A DNA stretch of 64,000 nt from Saccostrea cucullata (GCF_032062105.1 NW_026928438.1:186001-250000), one strand, 5' to 3'. Numbered from the stretch's first letter, positions 25,200-37,390 are shown. Numbers and translations: made by a program. The notes: generated by a model from the letters alone, not told the origin.

Positions 25200-28100
25200 A
25201 TGGTTGATACAATAAAAATTGCAACTGTGAATTGTCAAGGGTTAGCGACGCCGTCTAAGCGACAAGATGTTCTAAATTTCTATAAAACAAAAAAATATTC
25301 TATATTATGTATTCAAGACACACATTTTATTTCTGAAATAGAACCATATGTGGAAGCACAGTGGAGATACAAATGTATTTTTAATTCTTTCAGATCAAAT
25401 TCAAGGGGAGTATGTATATTGTTTAATAATGATTTTGAATTTAAGATTCACAAAGAAAAGACAGACAATGATGGTAATTTTTTAGCTTTAGACCTTACAA
25501 TTGAAGAAAACAAAGTCACTTTGATAAATATCTATGGGCCAAATTGTGATAGCCCGGAATTTTACGAAAATGTAAGAGACGCTTTTTTAGAGTTTGATAA
25601 CGATTATTATATTTTATGTGGCGACTTTAATCTTGCTCTAAATCCATCAATTGATACACAAAATTATAGGAACATAAATAATCCACATGCTCGAGAAAAA
25701 CTTTTAGAAATCATGGATCATTTACAGATAATAGATTATTACAGAATTTTAAATCCTGACAAAAAGATATACACTTGGAGAAGAAAAAACCCTGTTAAGC
25801 AGGGTCGCCTTGATTATATTTTAATTTCTGAAAATTTATCTAATTTGGTTGAGAATTTTTCTATCAAACCTGGATATAGGTCAGACCATTCTGTTGTTGT
25901 TTTAGAACTGAAATTCAATTCTTTTGAAAGAGGGAAAGGACTTTGGAAATTTAACAACAGTTTGTTAATAGATAAAAATTTTATTGCAAAGGTTAAAGAA
26001 ACTATTAAAGAAGTCCGCAGAAAATATCTGCAGGATACAGATAATCATGTTCATCAGTACACTGAAAATATTGATGATATCTTGTTTCTTGAGGTTCTTT
26101 TAATGGAAATTAGGGGGGTTACAATTTCATATTCTTCTTACAAAAAAAGAGAAAGAGAAAAATTAGAAAAAGGCTTGATTGAAGAAATAGAAAGTCTAGA
26201 AAATAATAATGATATCAACATGGAATTATTAGAACAGAAAAAATTAGATCTCGAAAATATAAGAAAGGAAAAACTACAAGGACACATTATAAGATCTAAA
26301 GCAAGATGGGTCGAGGAAGGAGAAAAACCTACAAAATACTTTTGCAATCTTGAATCACGAAATTTCTTAAATAAAATTATTAAAAGGGTTGAATTGAATG
26401 AAAACAATATTATATATGATCAATCAGAAATTTTGAACCAAGTCAAAAAGTTTTATCAAGATTTATATTCTAATACAGATTATGAACTGATTGACATTGA
26501 TTTAGAAGAAATTATAAACTCAACTAAAATTCCAAAATTAGATAAAATCACCTCTATTGATTTAGAAAAGGATATTGAAGAAAATGAAGTTTTACAAGTT
26601 TTAAAAAATATGAAGAATGATAAATCTCCTGGAAGTGATGGTTTCACAACTGAATTTTTTAAATTTTTCTGGAGTGATCTTAAAATCTATATTATGCGAG
26701 CGATAAATTGTATTTTGTCAAAAAAAGAACTTCCTATATCACAAAGACTAGGGATAATTTCATGTATACCCAAAGGGGATAAACCAAGACAGTTTTTGAA
26801 AAATTGGAGACCAATAACTCTACTAAATGTACTTTATAAACTAATATCAGGATGCCTAAGTTACAGAATAAAATCTACTCTAGATCTCTTGATTTCCGAC
26901 ACACAAACTGGATTCCTAAAAGGAAGATATATTGGTGAAAACACCAGATTTATTTATGATTTAATGGCATACACGGAAGCTAAAAATATACCAGGATTGT
27001 TGGTTTTAATCGATTTTGAAAAGGCTTTTGATTCAATTTCATGGTCTTTTATTTATAAAGTATTGAAATATTTTGGTTTTGGTAATAATATAATTAATTG
27101 GATAAAAATCCTTAATACAAATTTTAAAGCATCAGTTTTGCAATGCGGATTCTTATCAGAACAATTTGATATCCAAAGGGGTTGTAGACAAGGAGATCCC
27201 GTTGCTCCATACTTATTTCTTCTTTGTGCTGAAATTCTAGCTATTCTAATTAAACAAAATACTGATATAAAAGGCATTGTTGTCAATGACAAAGAACATA
27301 AGATTTCTCAATATGCTGATGACATGTCGCTAGCTCTTGATGGCTCACCAAGATCCCTATTTGCTGCTCTTGAAACCATTGACTTTTACTCTAGATTATC
27401 TGGTTTAAAAATAAACAGTTCTAAGACAAAAATTGTATGGATAGGCTCTAAAAAATTTTCTAATGAGGTGTTTCATCATTCTAGATGGAAACTAGATTGG
27501 GGATGCACAACCTTTGATCTACTAGGAATAAATTTTTCTGTTGAACTCGATAAAATAAATGAAATTAACTACGATAGTATAATACCCAAATTTAAAGCAT
27601 TAATACAACATTGGAAACGGAGAATACTAACTCCAATTGGTCGTGTTACAGTTGTTAAAACTATACTTATACCAAAATTAAATCACCTATTTATATCATT
27701 GCCAACACCAAAACCTGTAGTAATTTATTCTCTCTGTCGAGACATTTTTGAGTTCATTTGGAAATCAAAGTGTGACAAAATTAATAGAGCTACTATAACG
27801 CAGGATTATTTATTAGGGGGACTTAAAATGATTAATATAAGCAAATTTATAATGGCCTTGAAATGTTCTTGGATTAAAAGATTGTCAAACTATTGTTGTA
27901 ACAAACCATGGATAGATTTATTCATGGCTGTAAATGGTAATGACATTTTAAACAAGCTACTTGATTTTGGGGTCGATTTTGTTCGTAAAATCTTAATTAC
28001 AAAAAACAATAAATTCTGGCAAGATGTTTTTATTTCATGGCTTGAAGTTATAAAAACTCTGAATGATTCAGTTTCTCAAGACAATTTCTTAAATATACCA

Positions 28101-28835
28101 GTATGGTATAACTCAAAAATCAAAGTTAATAACAAAAGCATTTTTATTCAAGATTGGTATAAGAATGGTGTTAAAACTATCCGTGATTTTTTAGATGAAA
28201 GGGGTATTTTTCTTACTCAAAAGACTTTTCAACAAAAATTTAACATTTCTACAGTATGTATAATGCAGTATAACAGTGTTGTTTGTTCAATCTCAAAGTA
28301 CATAAAGGATATGTCAATAGATAGATTCTCAGTGAAAAATATGTATGGACCTTTTTTACCTGTTTATTTTCAAGACATACTGTTGTATGAAAAATGTACA
28401 AAATATATTTACAATTGTCTTAATACAAAGGAAACTGTTTTAAAAGCTTTATCCAAGTGGAATGTAGAATTATCTCCATATGGAATCAATGAAATTTGTG
28501 TAAAAGATGTTTTTAAAGTATGTTTTAAAACAACAAAGGACTCAACAATTCAATGGTTACAATTTAGAATTTTACATAGGATTCTACCTGTTAACTCTTA
28601 TTTAAAAAAAATTAAGATAAAGAATTCAGATATTTGTACTTTTTGTAAACAAGAAGTAGAAACTATTCAACATGTTTTCATTGGTTGTGAAAAAGTTTTA
28701 TCTCTGTGGACCAGCCTCAGTTTACATATTTACCAAACAATGAAAAAAAGAGTTGGTTTTAATGTTGAAAATGTTATTCTAGGTGAAATACCAATGACAT
28801 ATAACAACAGAGTCAAGAATTTTATAATATTATAA
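25200..28835 (+). CDS. LINE ORF2p: APE endonuclease, reverse transcriptase and C-terminal CCHC zinc finger
   Basis: TVNCQG, GDFN, RLDY and SDH (APE); KSPGSDG, NWRPITLLN, IDFEKAFDS, GCRQGDP and QYADD (RT); CTFC...HVFIGC. The frame continues past the TAA at 28833 to a TGA at 29004-29006. Confidence 0.95.
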   Translation: MVDTIKIATVNCQGLATPSKRQDVLNFYKTKKYSILCIQDTHFISEIEPYVEAQWRYKCIFNSFRSNSRGVCILFNNDFEFKIHKEKTDNDGNFLALDLTIEENKVTLINIYGPNCDSPEFYENVRDAFLEFDNDYYILCGDFNLALNPSIDTQNYRNINNPHAREKLLEIMDHLQIIDYYRILNPDKKIYTWRRKNPVKQGRLDYILISENLSNLVENFSIKPGYRSDHSVVVLELKFNSFERGKGLWKFNNSLLIDKNFIAKVKETIKEVRRKYLQDTDNHVHQYTENIDDILFLEVLLMEIRGVTISYSSYKKREREKLEKGLIEEIESLENNNDINMELLEQKKLDLENIRKEKLQGHIIRSKARWVEEGEKPTKYFCNLESRNFLNKIIKRVELNENNIIYDQSEILNQVKKFYQDLYSNTDYELIDIDLEEIINSTKIPKLDKITSIDLEKDIEENEVLQVLKNMKNDKSPGSDGFTTEFFKFFWSDLKIYIMRAINCILSKKELPISQRLGIISCIPKGDKPRQFLKNWRPITLLNVLYKLISGCLSYRIKSTLDLLISDTQTGFLKGRYIGENTRFIYDLMAYTEAKNIPGLLVLIDFEKAFDSISWSFIYKVLKYFGFGNNIINWIKILNTNFKASVLQCGFLSEQFDIQRGCRQGDPVAPYLFLLCAEILAILIKQNTDIKGIVVNDKEHKISQYADDMSLALDGSPRSLFAALETIDFYSRLSGLKINSSKTKIVWIGSKKFSNEVFHHSRWKLDWGCTTFDLLGINFSVELDKINEINYDSIIPKFKALIQHWKRRILTPIGRVTVVKTILIPKLNHLFISLPTPKPVVIYSLCRDIFEFIWKSKCDKINRATITQDYLLGGLKMINISKFIMALKCSWIKRLSNYCCNKPWIDLFMAVNGNDILNKLLDFGVDFVRKILITKNNKFWQDVFISWLEVIKTLNDSVSQDNFLNIPVWYNSKIKVNNKSIFIQDWYKNGVKTIRDFLDERGIFLTQKTFQQKFNISTVCIMQYNSVVCSISKYIKDMSIDRFSVKNMYGPFLPVYFQDILLYEKCTKYIYNCLNTKETVLKALSKWNVELSPYGINEICVKDVFKVCFKTTKDSTIQWLQFRILHRILPVNSYLKKIKIKNSDICTFCKQEVETIQHVFIGCEKVLSLWTSLSLHIYQTMKKRVGFNVENVILGEIPMTYNNRVKNFIIL

Positions 28836-29544
28836 TCAAAACAATACATTTTCACATGTTTAATGCAAGATAAAATTCCAAATCTTTTGGGCTTATTAAA
28901 TCACATTAAATTGAAACATAATATTGAAAAATGTGTAGCTATCAAAAATTTCCACATAGATAAATTTGAAAAAGAATGGTCTTTGTGGAAAAACATATTT
29001 CAATGAGCTTATTATAAAAATATTATATACTGTTTGTTTTTCATAAAGAGATTTGTCAATATAAATCTATACAGAGTAGTAAATATATGTTCTAAGTAAA
29101 GTTGTAATAAGATATATGAATCATTATTTTTTCCAAACCATTTTGTTATTATTTTCATGATCTAAAGAATGAGACTGTATGTAAGTCAGTAAGAGTGTGT
29201 GAATGAAAGCAGTCAAAATGTAAAAAAGCTCATAAATTGTTTATAATTTCATACAAATTGTGATGTTGGGCAATATAAATAAAAAAAAAAAAAAAAAAAA
29301 AAACTTGCTTGTCAATAATTTACCTCGTTTTAGAAATTGTTCTCACGTAGAGCATGCTCTTGCGTATCGAATCAACTTAGATATATATACTCCGTATGCA
29401 GGTGATGAAGGTATTTTGCTGCATAAGTAAGGGAAGTTGACGATAGAAAAGTTAAAGTCATCACGTTTATCATATAGCTTGGTCCTTAGATTACCATTAT
29501 CGTCTTCTTTTTCAAGTACAATATCCAAATTTGAAACGGATGTG

Positions 29545-29620
29545 TCTCTTTAAGTTGAAAGATATCTCTATTTTTTAGAGATATTTCTCTAAAATGAGAG
29601 ATATCTCTGTAACTTCAAGA
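29545..29620. repeat. GAGATATCTC motif array (right part; mirrored at ~39875-39947)
   Basis: Joining 23258 to 29545 restores the unit AAGATATCTC. Confidence 0.7.
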
Positions 29621-30484
29621 TAGATTTTATTTTTCAAATAAATAGCAAAAAGGTTTGCCATACTAAACACAAGAGCACATTTAAAATTTCTGACAGTATA
29701 TGCAACACGATGCAAAAGATTAGAGTTGACTCAATAAAACTAAAATATATTATTAGACATATATACACGTACGTGCAGAATAATTTAGCTCTGAGAGTAC
29801 AACAAATGCCAATACGGAATGTGTTTACCTTCCTATGCAGAGACATAGATTCTTTATATTTTACTAACATTAATAATGATAACTTAGTATATTGCTTTTC
29901 ACCATCTATAGTGCAATGACGCAAATCATGCAACTCTGCGCATTATAACTATACATATATATATATACATGTACACTAAGCCTACTGTAGGAAAAAAAAA
30001 CGCCGCAATGTAATGACCTAATTCAATGCAGATATATTGTTACGCCGATAAACATTTTCCGTGATTGTGAAATCAATCTCATCATTTTATTTGACGTATT
30101 AGTAAAGAATATGCCGACTTCATTGGATTTCAAGGTAATGATGCACTTATAAAATTAAAGAAACCATTCTTGATTTGTTTGCAGCAAAACTCTTTTCATG
30201 GCATTGTATCATTTGATGCATGGAGCTTTTTGAAACCCTTAACAATGTACACAAGATGCAAGTGCACTTTTGTTTTAGCGAATGTTTTCTGTGCAACATG
30301 CGTGGAGATTGGTCCCTCGAAAGAGAAAGTTCACATGTGTGAAGTGACAGTTAGTCAAAGAGAGTTATTTATCTACTCTCCACTTTAGAAACACAGCAAT
30401 AAGACATTAAGTAATGGGAAGGGAAATTTCGGCTTTCTAACCTTTTAGATCAAGTATAGTTAAACCTCTCCCAAATATTATATG

Positions 30485-30668
30485 TATATTACATGGCTTT
30501 GAGGGCAGCATACCAGAATATTTGCCCCAAGGTGACAGGAAAGCCCTGGAGTGTTATGTCGCCCGATTCCGAAGGCAGAGTACGTGCGACATAACACTCC
30601 TGGGCTTTTCTGTCACCGAGGGGCAAATATTCTGGTATTGCTGCCCGAGAATAACGCCATGTAATATA
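30485..30668. repeat. ~180-bp imperfect hairpin element (mirrored at ~38824-39007)
   Basis: TACATGGC...ATACCAGAATATTTGCCCC...GTGTTATGTCGC / GCGACATAACAC...GGGGCAAATATTCTGGTAT...GCCATGTA around a CCGAAGG-containing loop. Confidence 0.75.
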
Positions 30669-31450
30669 TGATATAACATTTTTAATCATTGAACCCATAC
30701 CGATCATCGAACATATTTATTGAACACTATGTACACATGTATGTGATTCGATACACAAGGGACACAATTTTAAATAACGCAAGCTACTAAACATGTAAAA
30801 TACACATATACCCTACGAATGATAAAATATATATAACAGGCAAACAATTTAAATAAAACACAATAATTAACTTGCTCGGTAGTAGAATAGGTTATACCTG
30901 CATTTATTAATGAACTATTTATAGCTGAACTCTGGGATCAAGAGAGTTGATGACAAAATACTAATGAATCATCAGCAATACATTTCTGCAAATTTGTAAT
31001 TGTGTGTTTTATAATAAAATGATATCATACCCCGGTAGTTCCTCCGGTGATACTGGTACGACTGACAGCTGTACTGGCTGTATCTAATCGACATCCAGTG
31101 GTATCCATTTTAATGATGCAGCCAGGACAAAGATGCAATACCTTTTCCGCCAATTGATCTGCAAAATAAAAACAAATTATGTAAAATTATTCCTTCATGG
31201 AATGGGTTAGGACAGGAAACATTCTAAACTACATTAGTCGGTTTCTGTATGAAGTCTAAATCACATTACATGATCAAGGGAGATAAGTAGTATGAAAGAA
31301 ACGTGTTATATTTGACACTTAGTAAAAATTTATTTAATTTATATTAAATATCTTATTAGCACAGAAGCAAAACCCCGAATTTCACTTTTAAAAAATTAAT
31401 ACACAAGTGCATGTACAATGTGGTATTCTATCGTCAACTTCTCTTGCTTC

Positions 31451-31690
31451 CGAGGGGTGATCAAGAACTTTGCGCAAGCTATCTCTATACACAAAAGCAC
31501 AATTCAAATCGGAATGAAATTTGGTACACATAGAGTCAAACACATGTTCTATAAATAACATATGTAGTGAAATGTGTTCATGTTTGTGAGGTCACAGTGT
31601 GAAAATGACATCAATATAAAGATCACATGTGACAAAAAATGGTTAATTTAGTCGTATTAGAGCCATAAACGGCTGGAAAAATACAAATAT
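31451..31690. mobile_element. Tc1/mariner-like MITE fragment (related copies at ~37805-38041, ~43365-43595, ~52975-53205)
   Basis: CGAGGGGTGATCAAGAACTTT terminus; shared block TATTTATAGAACATGTGTTTGACTCT. Confidence 0.55.
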
Positions 31691-32099
31691 GTTTTTAAAA
31701 TTCCTTTACAGCAATATATTATAATTTGTACACGGTTTATAAAGTCAAAAGACTTACCAGAAGTGTAGTTATTTATTGGGTTTAGTAAGGGAAGGGAGAT
31801 GATTAAAATTAATGTTTGTTCTGTTGCCCAGTGGAAGCAAGCTGGCAAAGAGATGTGTACTTTGTTAAGCAATTTGATATGAAATATCGGCAATGTACAG
31901 TAAGAAACATAGTTGAATATCATATAAAAACAATACGATTACTGAGTAATAGATCACCGAAATATCGTTTACTTTAGATTTTAACATATTAGATACTAGT
32001 GTGGGGTCAAAGGCTGGTAAAGGTCTCGAAGAGTTCAACCGATGTCACAAAGTTGCACTACCAAAACCTCGAATTAATGCCTACTGTCTCAAAAAGGTT

Positions 32100-33990
32100 C
32101 TGCCAGCTAGTCGCATGTCGTACATTTTCATGGTGACCCTGGGAATGCTTTCAGTAGCTGAGTGACAGTGGCAAAAGGCCAGTCTCCAGCGCCTTTAAAT
32201 AACTGGAACCTGTGACTAGGGAAAGGCCAATCTCCAGCGCCTTTAAATAACTGGAACCTGTGACTAGGGGAAGGAAAACTCCATCAGAAAACAACCGGTC
32301 CTCCGGGTCCAGGGGGTTTTGCCTAGGGTTTACAGCCCTATCATGTAAAAACTCTCTACGCTACAGAAACCAGAGCAACAGAAGAAGAAATCCAACGCTC
32401 GATTCAGGTGGATGCCTCACCTAGAAGCCGTAAAACGCAGACTGGTGAAAGCCGTATGAAAACCAGTCAGCCTAAGGTTCTCCTGATGATGAAAGCAGCA
32501 TCAAGAATTGGAACCTGGAATGTGCGAACCATGTTTGAAACTGGGAAAGCAGCCCAGGTAGCCAGAGAGATGAGGAGATACAACATCCAACTACTTGGAA
32601 TACGTGAGAGCAGATGGAATGAAACTGGCATGTCTTCATTGACTAGCGGAGAAAAGATCATATACTCTTGACATTCAGATTAAAATCATGATCACACTGA
32701 AGGAATTACCATCACGATGTCACCAGCTACTGCCAATGCACTGACTGAATGGAAACCAATCTCATCAAGGATTATGACAGCAAGATTCCACTCCAAATGA
32801 AGAGAAGAAACTGTAATCTCACGTACAAACTCTGAAGATGAGGAAACAATATTGCAGGCAGCAGTGGACAAGACGAGATATGAAAATCTTGATGGGTGAC
32901 ATGAATGCCAAGATAAATACCAGTAAAAGACAGGGAAGGCAAGGCTCTAACAAAGGAAGAAGATCAGAGAAAGCGCTTGGCAGAACATTTCAGAGAACTC
33001 TCAAATCACCCAGCACCAGAAACAACACAAAACATACCACAAGGAGATTCTGAACTAACAGTGATCACCACTCCTCCCACAAGGGATGAAACCATCAAGG
33101 CTCTGAAGAAACTAAAGAGTGGGAAAGCAGCTGGGCCTGATGGAATTCCTCCAGAAGCCATTTAAGCAGACATAAAGACTTCAGAAGATATGTTACTACC
33201 TCTCCTGGAGAAGATATGGTCCGAGGGGAACGTACCAGCTGATTGGAAAAAAGGACATCTAGTGAAGCTACCCAAGAAAGAAGACCCTGGAAAATGCAAG
33301 AACTGGCGTTGCATCATGCTCCGATCCATCCCAAGCATTATCCTGACACAGAACAGGCAGGCTTTAGAAAGGAAAAGTCCTGTACAGACCAGGTCGTCAC
33401 TCTAGGTATAATAATCGAACAGTCACTGGAGTTGTGCAGTCAACACTGTATCTGAACTTCATAGACTTTGAAAAGGCCTTTGATAGTGTTGATAGAAAAG
33501 TCATCTGGAAATTACTACAGCATTATGGAACGCCCTCTACTTTCATCAACCTCATACAACAATTGTATGACGAGATTATATGCCAAGTCATCCACAATGG
33601 AAACCTTTTGAGGTGCAGACAAGGGTTAGACAAGGCTGTCTACTGTCATCAATGATTTTTTCTAGTGGTAGTAGACTGGATCATACGGAGGACAAATAAA
33701 GATAGTAAGACCAGTGGACTGTCACTCATTGTTTGGAAGACGTCGACTTTGCAGACGATCTATGCCTCATGTCCCTGAAGTATGAGCATATACAGCTCAA
33801 GACAAATAGGCTTGCAAAAGAAGTAGCAAAGACAGGTCTAAAGGTGAATATCGAAAAGACAGAGGTAATGCGGCTCCACAACAAACAGCAAACACCAGTT
33901 ACGCTTGGAGAGCACAACTTTTAAGATGCAGACTCGTTTAAATACTTAAGCAGCATCGTCACAGCCACTGGTAGAACAGATGAATCGAAG
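32100..33990 (+). pseudogene. Degenerate, internally deleted RTE-clade LINE
   Basis: RIGTWNVRT (APE), KSGKAAGPDGIPPE, FIDFEKAFDSV, DFADDL and GLKVNIEKTEVM in broken frames. Confidence 0.9.
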
Positions 33991-34516
33991 ACAAATTAAG
34001 AAAGAAGACACTTTAAGAGGGACAGACAGAGCCATAGGGAGTTTCTACTACGGTATAAAATTTAACTGAAAAAGCCCGGCAGGTTCTTGAAATATCGTGC
34101 GGAAACGAGAGTTTTAAAACAAACATTATTTATCATTTTTCTTCTTAATAATGACCTTTGAACTCCGTATCAATAGGGGTCTATATTAGGCAACAGGGAG
34201 TTGTCTTGTAATTTTTTTTTGAAAAAGCAGGGATATCAATATGTATTTGAAGCTTAAGAAAGTATAGATCACAGACAGAAGGGCTGAAGGACGGATAGAC
34301 AGACAGACAGACTAAAATTAACACCTTTACTTTCAGCAAAAGGTATTCATGCAATATGAATCCAAAATTTGTATATACAATATATAGGTACATGTCACCA
34401 TTGCTTTGTCTTCTTTGAAAGACGAACAGGTAGTATATTAAGCTTAATATAATAAGATTGTTAACATCACCATTACTTTATTTAAACCGTGTCTCTATAT
34501 CCTCTATACATGTATA

Positions 34517-34974
34517 CGAGGGTTGTCTCAAAATATGCGAATAATTTCAATATTTTTTTTGTTTTACTAACATCATAAAATTAAATATTGGTATGCTTTA
34601 AAACAACAGTTTTTGATAATTCTCAGAAACAGTAAAATATCTCTATAAATGACATTTTTCCCATCGTTAGATAAATCATTCAACATAGCTGCCGCAGCAA
34701 CACTGATGACGTCAAAACGTAACTCTTGGAAATTTTTGATCCTTAACGCATTCAAAAATTTCCAAGAGTTACGTTTTGACGTCATCAGTGTTGCTGCGGC
34801 AGCTATGTTGAATGATTTATCTAACGATGGGAAAAATGTCATTTATAGAGATATTTTACTGTTTCTGAGAATTATCAAAAACTGTTGTTTTAAAGCATAC
34901 CAATATTTAATTTTATGATGTTAGTAAAACAAAAAAAATATTGAAATTATTCGCATATTTTGAGACAACCCTCG
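34517..34974. mobile_element. Tc1/mariner-like MITE forming the centre of palindrome 1
   Basis: TA|CGAGGGTTGTCTCAAAA ... TTTTGAGACAACCCTCG|TA; terminus resembles 54770 and 56334. Confidence 0.65.
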
Positions 34975-35499
34975 TATACATGTATAGAGGATATAGAGAC
35001 ACGGTTTAAATAAAGTAATGGTGATGTTAACAATCTTATTATATTAAGCTTAATATACTACCTGTTCGTCTTTCAAAGAAGACAAAGCAATGGTGACATG
35101 TACCTATATATTGTATATACAAATTTTGGATTCATATTGCATGAATACCTTTTGCTGAAAGTAAAGGTGTTAATTTTAGTCTGTCTGTCTGTCTATACGT
35201 CCTTCAGCCCTTCTGTCTGTGATCCTATACTTTCTTAAGCTTCAAATACATATTGATATCCCTGCTTTTTCAAAAAAAAATTACAAGACAACTCCCTGTT
35301 GCCTAATATAGACCCCTATTGATACGGAGTTCAAAGGTCATTATTAAGAAGAAAAATGATAAATAATGTTTGTTTTAAAACTCTCGTTTCCGCACGATAT
35401 TTCAAGAACCTGCCGGGCTTTTTCAGTTAAATTTTATACCGTAGTAGAAACTCCCTATGGCTCTGTCTGTCCCTCTTAAAGTGTCTTCTTTCTTAATTT

Positions 35500-37390
35500 G
35501 TCTTCGATTCATCTGTTCTACCAGTGGCTGTGACGATGCTGCTTAAGTATTTAAACGAGTCTGCATCTTAAAAGTTGTGCTCTCCAAGCGTAACTGGTGT
35601 TTGCTGTTTGTTGTGGAGCCGCATTACCTCTGTCTTTTCGATATTCACCTTTAGACCTGTCTTTGCTACTTCTTTTGCAAGCCTATTTGTCTTGAGCTGT
35701 ATATGCTCATACTTCAGGGACATGAGGCATAGATCGTCTGCAAAGTCGACGTCTTCCAAACAATGAGTGACAGTCCACTGGTCTTACTATCTTTATTTGT
35801 CCTCCGTATGATCCAGTCTACTACCACTAGAAAAAATCATTGATGACAGTAGACAGCCTTGTCTAACCCTTGTCTGCACCTCAAAAGGTTTCCATTGTGG
35901 ATGACTTGGCATATAATCTCGTCATACAATTGTTGTATGAGGTTGATGAAAGTAGAGGGCGTTCCATAATGCTGTAGTAATTTCCAGATGACTTTTCTAT
36001 CAACACTATCAAAGGCCTTTTCAAAGTCTATGAAGTTCAGATACAGTGTTGACTGCACAACTCCAGTGACTGTTCGATTATTATACATAGAGTGACGACC
36101 TGGTCTGTACAGGACTTTTCCTTTCTAAAGCCTGCCTGTTCTGTGTCAGGATAATGCTTGGGATGGATCGGAGCATGATGCAACGCCAGTTCTTGCATTT
36201 TCCAGGGTCTTCTTTCTTGGGTAGCTTCACTAGATGTCCTTTTCTCCAATCAGCTGGTACGTTCCCCTCGGACCATATCTTCTCCAGGAGAGGTAGTAAC
36301 ATATCTTCTGAAGTCTTTATGTCTGCTTAAATGGCTTCTGGAGGAATTCCATCAGGCCCAGCTGCTTTCCCACTCTTTAGTTTCTTCAGAGCCTTGATGG
36401 TTTCATCCCTTGTGGGAGGAGTGGTGATCACTGTTAGTTCAGAATCTCCTTGTGGTATGTTTTGTGTTGTTTCTGGTGCTGGGTGATTTGAGAGTTCTCT
36501 GAAATGTTCTGCCAAGCGCTTTCTCTGATCTTCTTCCTTTGTTAGAGCCTTGCCTTCCCTGTCTTTTACTGGTATTTATCTTGGCATTCATGTCACCCAT
36601 CAAGATTTTCATATCTCGTCTTGTCCACTGCTGCCTGCAATATTGTTTCCTCATCTTCAGAGTTTGTACGTGAGATTACAGTTTCTTCTCTTCATTTGGA
36701 GTGGAATCTTGCTGTCATAATCCTTGATGAGATTGGTTTCCATTCAGTCAGTGCATTGGCAGTAGCTGGTGACATCGTGATGGTAATTCCTTCAGTGTGA
36801 TCATGATTTTAATCTGAATGTCAAGAGTATATGATCTTTTCTCCGCTAGTCAATGAAGACATGCCAGCTCCATTTCATCTGCTCTCACATATTTCAAAGA
36901 GTTGGATGTTGTATCTCCTCATCTCTCTGGCTACCTGGGCTGCCTTTCCAGTTTAAAACATGGTTCGCACATTCCAGGTTCCAATTCTTGATGCTGCTTT
37001 CATCATCAGGAGAACCTTAGGCTGACTGGTTTTCATACGGCTTTCACCAGTCTGCGTTTTACGGCTTCTAGGTGAGGCATCCACCTGAATCGAGCGTTGG
37101 ATTTCTTCTTCTGTTGCTCTGGTTTCTGTAGCGTAGAGAGTTTTTACATGATAGGGCTGTAAACCCTAGGCAAAACCCCCTGGACCCGGAGGACCGGTTG
37201 TTTTCTGATGGAGTTTTCCTTCCCCTAGTCACAGGTTCCAGTTATTTAAAGGCGCTGGAGATTGGCCTTTCCCTAGTCACAGGTTCCAGTTATTTAAAGG
37301 CGCTGGAGACTGGCCTTTTGCCACTGTCACTCAGCTACTGAAAGCATTCCCAGGGTCACCATGAAAATGTACGACATGCGACTAGCTGGC
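35500..37390 (-). pseudogene. Mirror copy of the degenerate RTE LINE
   Basis: Same broken ORFs on the minus strand (35568-36654). Confidence 0.9.

Larger units (their letters stand above)
23621..29301 (+). mobile_element. Full-length L1/Tx1-type non-LTR retrotransposon
   Basis: 5' UTR, two ORFs, 3' UTR, poly-A (29281-29301); TSD AACTTGCTTGTCAA at 23607-23620 and 29302-29315. Confidence 0.95.
23260..29544 (-). mobile_element. Penelope-like RT 3' fragment (23260-23620 plus 29316-29544), split by the LINE
   Basis: Minus strand reads LRTKLYDKRDDFNFSIVNFPYLCSKIPSSPAYGVYISKLIRYARACST*EQFLKRGKLLTSKLMKQEYQQSRLKSSFRKF*GRY...HTNC* across the LINE insertion site. Confidence 0.8.

Noticed and set aside
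32000-32400. Self-cleaving ribozyme (HDV-like in the RTE 5' UTR, or hammerhead near the Penelope fragments)
   Set aside because: Plausible for these families, but I could not build the required cores or pairings by eye.
34573-34918. Pair of near-identical 89-aa ORFs on opposite strands
   Set aside because: A by-product of the palindrome centre; no recognisable protein features.
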